64,000 bases of DNA from Pelagomonas calceolata (taxonomy: Eukaryota), in assembly GCA_918797485.1 (NCBI GenBank), contig CAKKNE010000005.1, forward strand, positions 1,364,001 to 1,428,000. Reading direction: 5' to 3'. The position numbers and the translations under genes are program-made. Shown one piece after another: positions 30,511-40,169 of this stretch (positions are counted from its first letter, which is position 1; each line of letters opens with the position of its first letter). The notes under the pieces were generated by a model. That model was not told the DNA's origin. It did not search any database and saw only the letters and a program-made list of their open reading frames with translations.

Positions 30511-31672
30511 CAAGAAACTCGATCGCAGCATGCAAGCCGTTTGGGTATCGTTCCGTTAGCTACTAGTCCAAAGAGATCAATGGGACACTTACTGGGGGGC
30601 GAAAAAATAATTTTTTTAATTCGCGATATTGACGGTCCCGCCATGGCGGCCGCACCGGTGGAATCCTGTCAAGATCGTGGCCCCGAGGTCTCCCTGGGGT
30701 CGCCTAGGGTCGGTACTAGACATGTGTAATCGCCTACGCCGCATGCGCGGGCGCTTCCATCGGTGGATACATATCAGTACAGGTTCTCAGCTGCCCAGAT
30801 GTCTCCACCATGATCCCCCCAAGTTTTGGATCCAGAGCTCTCTGGAGAGCCCCAAGAATCGGCGCATGCGGTTTCGGAGACTACCCGACCCCAGACCCAT
30901 CTCCGAGGGAGCCCGCGAGCCGATCTACATCCGAAAAAAGTAAATAATTTGGACCCGATTGGAGCGCACGGCAACATCGCCTACCTCTCTTTGCCGTTTT
31001 GCGCCTTGATGCGCGCGTCAAGTGCGCGCGCGGCAGCAGCACGGTAGGCTGCTGCGTTTGGGCCTTCGGCACCGTCGGTCGGACCCGATCGTCATCACTG
31101 ACAGGTCCTCATCGCTCTGCGTGCACGGTCCACCTGGGAGCATCAGGTGGGCCGAACTCGTTTGCGGCGCTTCTCCGCCGCGCCGACGAATAGTCGGCGC
31201 GGCGGCGACACGGCTCCCTCGTACGATTCATCGGTGCGGCGGAGGACGCCGCGCGTCCACCGAAACCGCCGCGGAACTCGTAGGGAAGCGCCACCGCGCG
31301 CCGCGCTCTAAGACCACGAAGCTCCTCAAGCCAGATATTTGCTTCATCTCTCTCGCGGGCTCGCAGGGTGTAGTCAAGCGCTCTGGGCGTAGTCTAGAAT
31401 AGGTGGAACTGACGCAGATGGCCACTTCTGGCTGGGGCTTTTTCTTGGCTCGTTATATCTCTCTCAATGTCCGGTCCACCTATGCCGCAATGCCCGGTGT
31501 TCCTTCCGGAGACGTCTCCTCACGACCCGTAAAACACGGTATTCGTCTCCACAGGTCTGGCTTGGTACGTCGTCGGACCAAGCCCGGAGGCGGTTTTGTC
31601 ATGCGGGTTTTCTCAGCTCACGTGAGGGCGAAGAGTAAAGAAACCCGAAAGCGCCGATACTTAGGACCACGG

Positions 31673-34183
31673 TCACTTCTTCCCCGCGGAGGCGAGGATC
31701 ACCTTCGCCGTGACGTCCGTCTTCTCCGTCGTCACGTCCGAGATCACCCCGTTCGCGCCGAGCGCCGCGTCGATGCGCAGGAGGAACTTCGTCTTGTCCA
31801 TCAGTAGATGCCCTGTACCACCCTTGACGCCGAGGAACGCGAAGGGGAAGCGGTAGCCGATCTTCTCCATCTGGGCCGGGGCGCCGAGCAACCGCAGCGC
31901 GTCATATAGTTTATCGGAGGGCGGCCGCTTGGCCGCCACGGCCGTGTCCGTGATGGCGATGGCCACGACCCTACCAGCAGGCAGCTTCTTCACGAAGGAG
32001 CTGAACCGGTCCACCTCCAAATCCGTCTTGCCGTAGATGTCGAAGCGCTTGCGGTCCACAAAGGCATTGATCAATGAAATCCCTTTCGTGGCATGAACAT
32101 CGAGCTCGAGCACGTGGAAGCCCGTCATGTTCGGGGTCAATTCGTGCACGGTTTGCTTGCCGCTCGCATCACAATAACCTGTGTGGAAATCGACCAGTGT
32201 GTCGGGTGCCATCGAGCGGTGAGGTACCGGCATCGCCACGCCATCGAGCAGGTTTCCCGTCGATGGCGTGGAACGCGCCGTAAAATGTTGCTTTCCACAC
32301 AGACAAGAACCGATCCAGCCGCCGCCGCGCGCCATCGTCAGGCCGTAGCACTCGATTGAGATGCGGTTGGGTTTGGTGGGCGGCGGCAATTCCACGGCCC
32401 TCTTCTTCTGGTAGGCGAAGTACCTGCGGGCGCGGCGGTCGCGGCGACGGCCCCCGCCGAAGGTCGCGAAAGAAGGACGCCGCGCGCTTTACTTAGAATT
32501 CTCGTCGGGCGTGAACTCGGACTTGTCAATTCTATATTTCGCGAAGTAGGGTAAGTCCACGCCGTCATCAGAAGCCGCCGTGAAGCCGAGCTCTTTGAGC
32601 TTGGACGCGACGCGCGTCGACAGCTTGTTGTAGGCGTTGTGGCTGAAGGCAATGAAACTAATACGAGTCCCTTGGTAGGGCTTCGTGTAGTGCTCGGCGT
32701 TGCCGTTGAACAGCTTCCAGCCGCCGGAGCAGGACAGGACCTGCGATGGTAGAGACGGTCGCGCGACGGGCGGTCTCCGCGGCGATGGGGCATCGCGCCG
32801 ACGGCGTCCTGATGACACGTAGACTCTCGTGGTAACACGAGGGCGGCGTCGCGGCGGCCCTGTCTCGTGAAGACGCCATCGACGCGACTGCGGTCTCTCT
32901 GACACGCCGCGACGGCCCCGACGCGGTCCGAAACAGCTCAAACTCGAAAAAGAAAACACCCACGTCATCGTGCGATGGCCACGAGTCGTACGGGACGCCG
33001 GGATCAATACCTGCTGGCCGCCGCCGCCCTTCACATATTTTTCGCCGGTATCTTCATCTGTGGCTTCCACGAACGCGTCGGCCGTCCAGAGTTCGCCGCC
33101 CGTGTGTTTGCCTAACGATCGGATGTAGCTCGGCCCGATGTTGTTCCCGTCGACGTGTTTCCTCGCCGCGTAGTTGTAGTTGATCTGTAAAGAACTGAAG
33201 GGGAAGTCCTCGGGGAGCGAGGTCTTGACCCAGCCCGTTATCAGCTTGCAGAGGTTCGGGTAGGCGCTCGACACCTGGGACACGGCCATGCCCACGCCGC
33301 CCAACACGAACACGGCCCCGAGGCACATGCCCTGCACCGCCTTGCCGTCGGGCGTCACGTTGGGTCTTTCTTGCGTCGGCCAGCTGTCTCCTAACAGTTT
33401 CAGACAAGCCTCGACGTCGGCCTGGGACGGCTTCGATGATAATCTTTTGGTCGCCTCCTGCTCGGCCTTCGCGAGACCTTCGCTGCCTTTCCCTTGGTAC
33501 GTAAAGTCCTTCTTCTGGGCGGCTCTAGCGGCCGCTTCCGCCGACGCCCCAAAGCCTCTCGAAGGATCTAAGGGTTTTTCTTTGGACGCCGCGGCGTGTC
33601 CTAGGTCGCAGGCGCGCATGCACGGCGAACCCGACGTCCACAGTCTCACTTCGCGCTTCGGCAGGTCCAACCGCACCAATCTTTTGTCAGCTTCCTTCTC
33701 AGTTGTAACATCGCAGTCCTGGTAGTGCGTCTTGCCGCCGTTCTGGGCCTTCTCGAAGAGGACGCGCACGGCCTTGACGGCGTACTTCGTCGTCACGCCT
33801 CCCCTATGAAACATGATCACGTGGCCCGTGACCCAGCGGTTCGTCTTCTCGCAGAGCACGGAGCAGACCGTGCCGAGCGCGAAGGCGAACTCTCCATTAA
33901 AAGCGCCCGTCGACGTGATCGTGTTCTCCGTCGGTCGGTTCACAGAGCCCTTCTCGTGCTCCTCGATGGTGTACTCCGTGCGGGCCTTCTTGGGCGCGGG
34001 CTTCCTGGAGGACGACTTGCGCTTCTTCTGGGGCTCGTCGTCGGACTCGACGATGACCTCCTCCTCCTCTTCCTCCTCGGACTCGGACGAGCTCTCCTTC
34101 TCGAACTCGGAGCCGTCGTTACTCTGGCCGTCGTCGTACTTCGGCGCGGACGCGCGGCTCGCGCGGCTCGGGCGGGAGGCCAT
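31673..34183 (-). CDS. TET/JBP-like 2OG-Fe(II) dioxygenase fused to a C-terminal ILEI/GG-type domain (4 exons, ~679 aa)
   Basis: Exons 34183-33011, 32740-32493, 32423-32311 and 32178-31673 join in frame through GT-AG introns. Dioxygenase motifs RKHVDGNN, GGELW and FNGNAEHYTKPYQGTRISFIAFSH; ILEI-like GFHVLELD..RFDIYG..LPAGRVVAIAITD..LRLLGA..IGYRFPFAFLGVKG. Confidence 0.7.
32179..32310 (-). mobile_element. Well-preserved introner element forming a 132-nt intron
   Basis: Perfect 11-bp TIRs CTGTGTGGAAA (32179-32189) / TTTCCACACAG (32292-32302), flanked by 8-bp direct repeats ACAATAAC (32171-32178) / ACAAGAAC (32303-32310). Confidence 0.9.
32741..33010 (-). mobile_element. 270-nt intron carrying the introner internal motif
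   Basis: GTATTG...CATCGCAG; GACGCCATCGACGCGAC at 32872-32888 is identical to 6471-6487; TIRs are not evident. Confidence 0.55.
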
Positions 34184-34467
34184 GGTTCTTGGGCCTGCGC
34201 GCGGGACGCTCAGACGCTCCGCGAGACGGGGCGGCGCTTGTGGTGAGACGTGGGATTGCGCGGACTGCGCGCGGGCGCCCGGACGGCAGCGAAACCGCGC
34301 GGCAGACAGCAGCGCCTGTTCAGGCACGTGCGGGCGCGTTTCACGACAGATTCGCGCGGCCGCAGCAGGGTGGGAGACGCGGGAACGCGCGGAGGGCGTT
34401 TCTTAAACTTGAGGTCTGTGAGCGCGTGTATCCAGCAAAAAGCCAGAGAGCGCGCGCTCTCTCGCTT

Positions 34468-34488
34468 CTAGTGCCTTACATCCGCTAG
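34468..34488 (-). promoter_or_regulatory. CTAG-bounded promoter element
   Basis: Minus strand reads CTAGCGGATGTAAGGCACTAG, in a divergent gap. Confidence 0.7.
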
Positions 34489-34677
34489 CTTCATTATATT
34501 TTTTGCTGGATTTTGGCTGCGGTGGACGCCATCGAGCTGCGGGGTGGTCTGAGTGTGGTCAAAGTACTGCTGCTACCTCTTGCCGAGCCGACCGCCTGAG
34601 CTTAACGCTCGACACTAACTGATAAAACACTCAACAAAATCACCGCATCTCACAGCTGGGCACGGTAGAACGCAAAG

Positions 34678-35670
34678 ATGCCGACCCCCAAGGTCCGCCA
34701 GACGCCCCAGTCGCGGGTCGAAAAGATCTTCCGCGAGCAGGGGTTCGGCTTGGTGCTGGGTCTGTTTGCGGTCGTCCTCGCGTTCGTCTTTGTCCCTGTG
34801 TTCGTCGTCGACGATTTGCTCTACGTCCACACGGTGGCGCCGGAAGTCGAGGGGCGGGGCCACGCGGCGCGGCCGCCGGCGCATTTAAAGCATGTGCACG
34901 TGCACCCGCACAACCACACGAATGCTTCTGTCACGTCGGTGCCTCCGAAGCCGGCCGAGTGGGCGGCGCACCTGGCCAACGTCACCGCGCACCACCGGCA
35001 CCCTCATGTCGAATCGCTGCCCGCGGAGCCGGCGCCCGAGCCTGAGCCCGCGCCAAGGCCGGCGCCAGAGCCTGAGCCCGTACCGGCGCCGGAGCCCGTA
35101 CCGGCGCCCGCGCCCGAGCCTGAGCCCGTGCCGGCTCCAGAGCCGGTGCCAGCGCCGAGGCCGGCGCCAGAGCCGGCGCCGGCGCCAGAGCCCGCGCCGG
35201 AGCCCGTACCGGCGCCTGCGCCCGAGCCAGAGCCCGTACCGGCGCCTGCGCCCGAGCCTGAGCCCGCGCCGGCGACGGAGCCGGCGCCAGAGCCCGCGCC
35301 GGAGCCCGCGCCGGCGCCGCCGCCCGAGCCCGCGGGCGAGACCCTCGAGCTCGTGGAGCCCGCGGCCGAGGCGCCGGCCGCCGAGGCGCCGGCCGCGCCC
35401 GTGGACATCTCGAGCGTGCCCGAGCCCGCCGCGGAGGTGTCCAAGGCCGCGGCCGAGGAGGCCGAGGCCGCGGAGGCGCCCGCCGCCGACATCTCGAGCA
35501 CGGACTCGAAGGCCGAGTCGAAGCCGGCCGCCGAGAAGGCGGAGGCGCCGCCCGCGGCCGACATCCAGAGCTCCGACGCGGCGCCGGCCGCGGAGAAGGA
35601 GGCCGAGGCCGAGAAGCCGCTCGACATCCAGAGCAGCGGCCGGCGGCGGCGGTTGCGCGGCGGCGCGTAA
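34678..35670 (+). CDS. Single-pass membrane protein with a His-rich segment and Pro/Ala/Glu repeats
   Basis: TM segment [29 protein letters not shown] repeats, four DI(Q)SS units, C-terminal RRRRLRGGA. Confidence 0.75.
   Translation: MPTPKVRQTPQSRVEKIFREQGFGLVLGLFAVVLAFVFVPVFVVDDLLYVHTVAPEVEGRGHAARPPAHLKHVHVHPHNHTNASVTSVPPKPAEWAAHLANVTAHHRHPHVESLPAEPAPEPEPAPRPAPEPEPVPAPEPVPAPAPEPEPVPAPEPVPAPRPAPEPAPAPEPAPEPVPAPAPEPEPVPAPAPEPEPAPATEPAPEPAPEPAPAPPPEPAGETLELVEPAAEAPAAEAPAAPVDISSVPEPAAEVSKAAAEEAEAAEAPAADISSTDSKAESKPAAEKAEAPPAADIQSSDAAPAAEKEAEAEKPLDIQSSGRRRRLRGGA
35020..35335 (+). repeat. Imperfect coding minisatellite ([11 protein letters not shown])
   Basis: Tandem CCGGCGCC(A/C)GAG(CCTGAG) units. 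Confidence 0.85.
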
Positions 35671-35724
35671 TGTACTATATGGATCACATGAGTAGTTACT
35701 AGCACACAACAACAGTGCCTTCAG

Positions 35725-35875
35725 AATGTCGCGTCGATGGCGTGGTGTGGCCGTCTCGACTCCCGGACCTCCGCCGAGGTTCACACCACCACGCCATCGA
35801 GCAGACGCAGTGTCGCGTGTGGCGTCGCATCGATGGCGTACCGGTCTGTACGTGATGCCATCGCGCCGACACGTG
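35725..35875. mobile_element. Introner-related sequence outside coding DNA
   Basis: Several copies of the ACGCCATCGA motif in both orientations (35728-35743, 35791-35804, ~35825-35840) between two convergent stop codons. Confidence 0.5.
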
Positions 35876-35953
35876 GGGCCGACACGATAACACATGCATG
35901 CTGCCCGAGAGCACGCGTCGCGCGCTCAAACGCAAGGGAAAGGGACACAAAAG

Positions 35954-38323
35954 TCAGGCCCGGATCCGCTGGTTGCTCTTCTGGGCCTCGGCCTTGGCGC
36001 GCAGGACGCGCTCGTCGGACGCGAGGCCCTTGCGCCGCCGCACGGCATTTACCAGAGCGCGCGCGACGTTCGACGACGCGAAGACGTCTCCCCCAAAATC
36101 GCCGTGCTCCTCGCGCTCGTCCTCGGTGGTCGGCGCCCAGAAGGGGTCCTCGTCGAGCAGCTGGAAGCCCGCCGGTATTAGTTGGGGCACGGAGGCGCCG
36201 CCGGACGTCCACTCCAAAAGGGCCTCGCCGAAGCCCAACGCGCTCGCCGCCGGGAGCTGGGCCCGCAGGCACCAGAGCTCGTTGGAAATGACGTCCTCCT
36301 CCCGTATCGTCCCTCGTCGTTTGCTCAGTAAACCGTGGAGCTTCCCCAGCGCATTCTGGGAACAGAGGACGTCGCCCTCGACCAAGGGCTCCCAGACGCG
36401 CGCGCCCCGCCTCAAGATGGCCTGGCGGATCCGGCGGCGCACCTTCGAGGCGAGCGCCTCTTGATCCTCGCCACTCGCTTTGATAATGGTCACGCGGACG
36501 CCATGCAAAGGCTCCTCGGCCAAGGGCCCCGCGTCGCAGGCCCGGTTGAAGCCCTCGACGCACGCCTGCTCGTCGCCCTCCACAATCTTCAGCAAATTGC
36601 CGCGCCGCGCGAACCGACCTTCCTCGACCCGTTCATCCATGGCTTCCACCTCCACCACTACATCCTCGTCCTCGTCGTCCTCCTCGAGCTCGCGGCTCCA
36701 CGGCGGCGGCACCACGGCCTCTCCCGTCTTTTCAGAAACAACACCCTCGCGGATCCCCACGATCGGCTCGCCCACAACGACCTCGACGCCCACGGCCCGC
36801 CGCAAATCGCGCAGCACCTGATCTAAATGAAGCTCGCCGACGCAGCCTAGGATCGTCTGGCCCCCTTCCCTCGAGATCGTCGCGGCCGCGTCCAAGCGCC
36901 TTATTTTTTCAAGCGCATTCTCGACGACCTCCGCGTCGGCGCGCCGTTGTGAAGACACCGCCACCCGCACCAACGGAAAGACGTCTGCTGCCTTTGGTGG
37001 ATTTATTTCATCGGCGCCGAGCGCGCCGCGTTTGCCCGCGAAAGCCGAAGACAGCGCGGGCCCCAACGCTATGATAGAGCCGCGCGGCGCCTCGTCTATC
37101 GACAGTAAGTCCGAGCCCATCATCGCGTACAGCGCGTCTATCTGTACCTCAACTCCATCCACAGTTATGAGCTCGCCGACGCGCAGCACCCCTCGCAACA
37201 CCCGACACGCGCCATATACACAACCAGAATTCTCGAAGAACTTGGCGCAGTACGCCAGTGCAGGGCCATCTTCATCAAAACTATGAGGGAACATGACGTG
37301 ATCCCGTAGAGCAGTGATCGGTGGAGGCACTTGCGTCACGACGCAGCGCTGGACCGCGCGCGCGAGCGGGAAGCGCCTCCGTAGAAGAGCGAGAGCTTTA
37401 TCCTCCTTCTTTTTCGCTGTTGTGGAGGCGCCCGCGAGGAGGGGCTCGCTCAACACGTCATCTCCATCAAGCAGCTTGAATAACGGTGAAAGGACGAGTG
37501 TGGCAAAGGCCGCGTCACTTGAGCAGGGCGTCCTGAGTTTTTTTACTTTCCCATCATCAACAGTTACGTCGTCAAATAAGACGCGCTCGATCGCCGTAAT
37601 AGGCGCATTACCGAACGCCGGCCGCAGCACCTTCGCGAGCTCCCTTAAACCAAAAGCCCAGCCGTCCTTCGCCGAGGCGAAGATGATTGATTGATAAGAA
37701 AAGGTACTCGACTCCTCATATGTAGGACTACAAGCGTTCACCGCACAGGCCTCATGTAAAGCAGCGTTTGCCGCCTCGACGATGCGCCGCAACGCCGCAA
37801 ACGCTTCCGAGGGCTCGTGGTGCCTTAACCGGTCGAGTTTGTTTACGACCAAAAGAGGCTTCAACCTTTCGGCACAGGCCGCCCTTAAAGCACCTCGAGT
37901 CTGGACGCGCACGCCCTCGACGGCGTCCACGACCACTAAACAACCATCAGATAACCTACAAGCGGCACAGGCATCATGCGCGAAGTCGACGTGGCCCGGC
38001 GAGTCGATGATCGTCAAAAGAAAGTCCTTGGTCGACGTTTTCAATGGAGAAGGGCATCGCAGCGACACGGCCGAGGCCCGCAACGTGATGCCGCGCTCCT
38101 GCTCGTCCGGCAGGTCGTCCATGAGCCGTAGTGTGCCCGCGAGCCGCGGCGGCATCGCGCCGCCGTCGGCCAGGAGCCAATCTACCAAAGAGCTCTTGCC
38201 GTGGTCGACGTGGCCGATGACGCAGATCGTGCGGCATTGATCAGTGTCTTTTTGCAATGCGCTGAGCTCTTGTGCCGTGGGGAGGCGCTTACGCTCGGGT
38301 GGTGGGGGCGGCTGTTGTGCCAT
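35954..38323 (-). CDS. EFL1: Elongation factor-like GTPase EFL1/Ria1
   Basis: GHVDHGKSSL, EQERGIT, IDSPGHVDF, NKLDR, GELHL, TSGGA..PQL and C-terminal DPFW.PTTEDE.E..G...RRRKGL. Confidence 0.92.
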   Translation of the reverse strand: MAQQPPPPPERKRLPTAQELSALQKDTDQCRTICVIGHVDHGKSSLVDWLLADGGAMPPRLAGTLRLMDDLPDEQERGITLRASAVSLRCPSPLKTSTKDFLLTIIDSPGHVDFAHDACAACRLSDGCLVVVDAVEGVRVQTRGALRAACAERLKPLLVVNKLDRLRHHEPSEAFAALRRIVEAANAALHEACAVNACSPTYEESSTFSYQSIIFASAKDGWAFGLRELAKVLRPAFGNAPITAIERVLFDDVTVDDGKVKKLRTPCSSDAAFATLVLSPLFKLLDGDDVLSEPLLAGASTTAKKKEDKALALLRRRFPLARAVQRCVVTQVPPPITALRDHVMFPHSFDEDGPALAYCAKFFENSGCVYGACRVLRGVLRVGELITVDGVEVQIDALYAMMGSDLLSIDEAPRGSIIALGPALSSAFAGKRGALGADEINPPKAADVFPLVRVAVSSQRRADAEVVENALEKIRRLDAAATISREGGQTILGCVGELHLDQVLRDLRRAVGVEVVVGEPIVGIREGVVSEKTGEAVVPPPWSRELEEDDEDEDVVVEVEAMDERVEEGRFARRGNLLKIVEGDEQACVEGFNRACDAGPLAEEPLHGVRVTIIKASGEDQEALASKVRRRIRQAILRRGARVWEPLVEGDVLCSQNALGKLHGLLSKRRGTIREEDVISNELWCLRAQLPAASALGFGEALLEWTSGGASVPQLIPAGFQLLDEDPFWAPTTEDEREEHGDFGGDVFASSNVARALVNAVRRRKGLASDERVLRAKAEAQKSNQRIRA

Positions 38324-38434
38324 ATCGGTTTGCAGGCTGATCGCTGCGGCCGCTGTCGACGCTAGCCGCTTAGAGAAGAACTAGAGACGTGCGTACGCGC
38401 TGCGTCCGCATATATGTCGGCGCAAAGTTAATAC

Positions 38435-38455
38435 CTAGCGGGAGTGAGGCACTAG
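38435..38455 (+). promoter_or_regulatory. CTAG-bounded promoter element
   Basis: CTAGCGGGAGTGAGGCACTAG about 110 nt upstream of the EFL1 start. Confidence 0.6.
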
Positions 38456-38554
38456 CGAACGCTCCCCGCAGGGTCTCCGCCCACTAGTTCTAGCATCGTA
38501 ACAATCGGGTTCTCCATGACTAGAAAGGTGACTACAAAACCAAAACCTTAGGGG

Positions 38555-39628
38555 TCAGCACCCGCTCGGCCGCGGGTTCGACACGCAGAGCGCCGCGACG
38601 CACCGGTCCTTGTCCAATGATGAAGGCGCGCCGAAGCAGCCCGGCTCGTGGAGCGAGGGAAAGATCGCCTTCGCCTCCGGGCACCGCTCGATGAGATCGG
38701 ACCGCTTGGCCGCGTCCATCGCCGGCAGCGTCCCCACAACAGCGAAAGGTAAAGCGTCGTCCGCCGTCGCTGATGAGGCGGCAAAGTGCTCCTTGACCTT
38801 GCGAGGCGCGTCCAAAGCGCCGCCGGACGTAAGCTGCGACGCCAGGTACCGCGTCGGGCCGTGCTTGCCCTCGATGCACCGGCAGTTCGACGAGCCGGCC
38901 TTGTGTCGTATCACGTCGAGTACCGCCGACTTTCTCGTTAAAAGCAGCCCGTCCCCATCTATCAACTCAAACGACGCGAAGTCCTCGAAATGGACCAGGG
39001 CGTTCGCACAGAAGGCGCCCCCACTCCCAAACGCCAAGACGATCTCGGCGTCCAGCGTATTCCACAGATCGTACGATAATAAAACATCACTTCGTTTCGC
39101 CTTGCGGATTCGTAACGGCAGCTCGTGGAAGGCCAGCCTCGATCCATGGGTCTGCTTCAGGCGCTCGACGCCGGGATTCAGGTGCAGGCCCCGTTCCCAC
39201 GAAGCATCACCTCTATGGAAGACCTGGACCTTGACGGAGGGCGGTAAGGCATTCAAAGCATTACCAAGCATGACCGTGTAGCGCTTCTGCATCCAGGCGG
39301 GCCCGTCGAAGCAGCAGAAGAAGGCCGACGCGTTATATGAAGTTCGTACCGGTGTTTTTAATGCCTTCTGCACCTCCTGCCGCCAGGTCTTTGTTTGCTG
39401 TTCATGGGTCTCGTGTTGCTTCACTGAATCTCGTCTTAGTTCCGTCATCTGCCGCTGCAGCTCGCTCCGTTCACTGAGCAGGGCCCAGACGGCGCCACCC
39501 GTTATAGCGAGCGCGCAGAGCAAGACAAAGGAGCAGACATTCACTCGTGCTCTTGTCGTCGGCTGCGGCGGCTCGCCGTAGGGCTGCGACTCGCGGCGCC
39601 TTTGTTGCTGCGGGTGGCCGCGGTACAT
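38555..39628 (-). CDS. Type II membrane protein with a DUF5672-like (putative glycosyltransferase) domain
   Basis: N-terminal TM, coiled stem, and LLSYDLWNTLDAEIVLAFGSGGAFCAN. Confidence 0.55.
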   Translation of the reverse strand: MYRGHPQQQRRRESQPYGEPPQPTTRARVNVCSFVLLCALAITGGAVWALLSERSELQRQMTELRRDSVKQHETHEQQTKTWRQEVQKALKTPVRTSYNASAFFCCFDGPAWMQKRYTVMLGNALNALPPSVKVQVFHRGDASWERGLHLNPGVERLKQTHGSRLAFHELPLRIRKAKRSDVLLSYDLWNTLDAEIVLAFGSGGAFCANALVHFEDFASFELIDGDGLLLTRKSAVLDVIRHKAGSSNCRCIEGKHGPTRYLASQLTSGGALDAPRKVKEHFAASSATADDALPFAVVGTLPAMDAAKRSDLIERCPEAKAIFPSLHEPGCFGAPSSLDKDRCVAALCVSNPRPSGC

Positions 39629-40169
39629 GTTGCTTTATTGCTGGCGGTGAAAGCGTGTTTATGCGCTGTCGAGCAGCGTCGTCGGCCGCGCTTTATTTGG
39701 GCTGGTGCGGTGAAAGCGTGTTTTTGGGCTGTCCGGCAGCGTTCTTTCGTGCGCCGCTTGTGACAGGCACTCAGAGCGATAAATAAAATGAATCGCAGAC
39801 CAGCGTTGTGATAATTTACGACGCGCTAGCCGTCGATTGGCAGCCACAAAAAACCTGTTTTTTGCGTGGACGGGGTCTTGCCGATGTTTCGCCCCATCGC
39901 GTCCGCGGAGGCGTTCCCTGGCGCACTACGAGAAGTCCCGCCTCGGCGCAATTCGCTAGAGAGTTTAATTTAGGAGATTATTTGCCTTTCAAAATCAAAA
40001 AGTGCACGCTAAATCTCGGCCGCGGCGAACCTATTCACTGAGTGGCGACGTGGAAGACACGCCTCTGGACGGCCGTAGCCGGCCTGCAACGGCGCGCGAG
40101 AAACCGCCGCGCGTATAGCGAGCAGCAGCAAAAACCGCGGGGCGGCGCCTCACAGCCCAAAAAGAAACC

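Noticed and set aside
39644..39723. 17-bp direct repeat GCGGTGAAAGCGTGTTT in a 5' region
   Set aside because: A single local duplication not seen elsewhere in the window.
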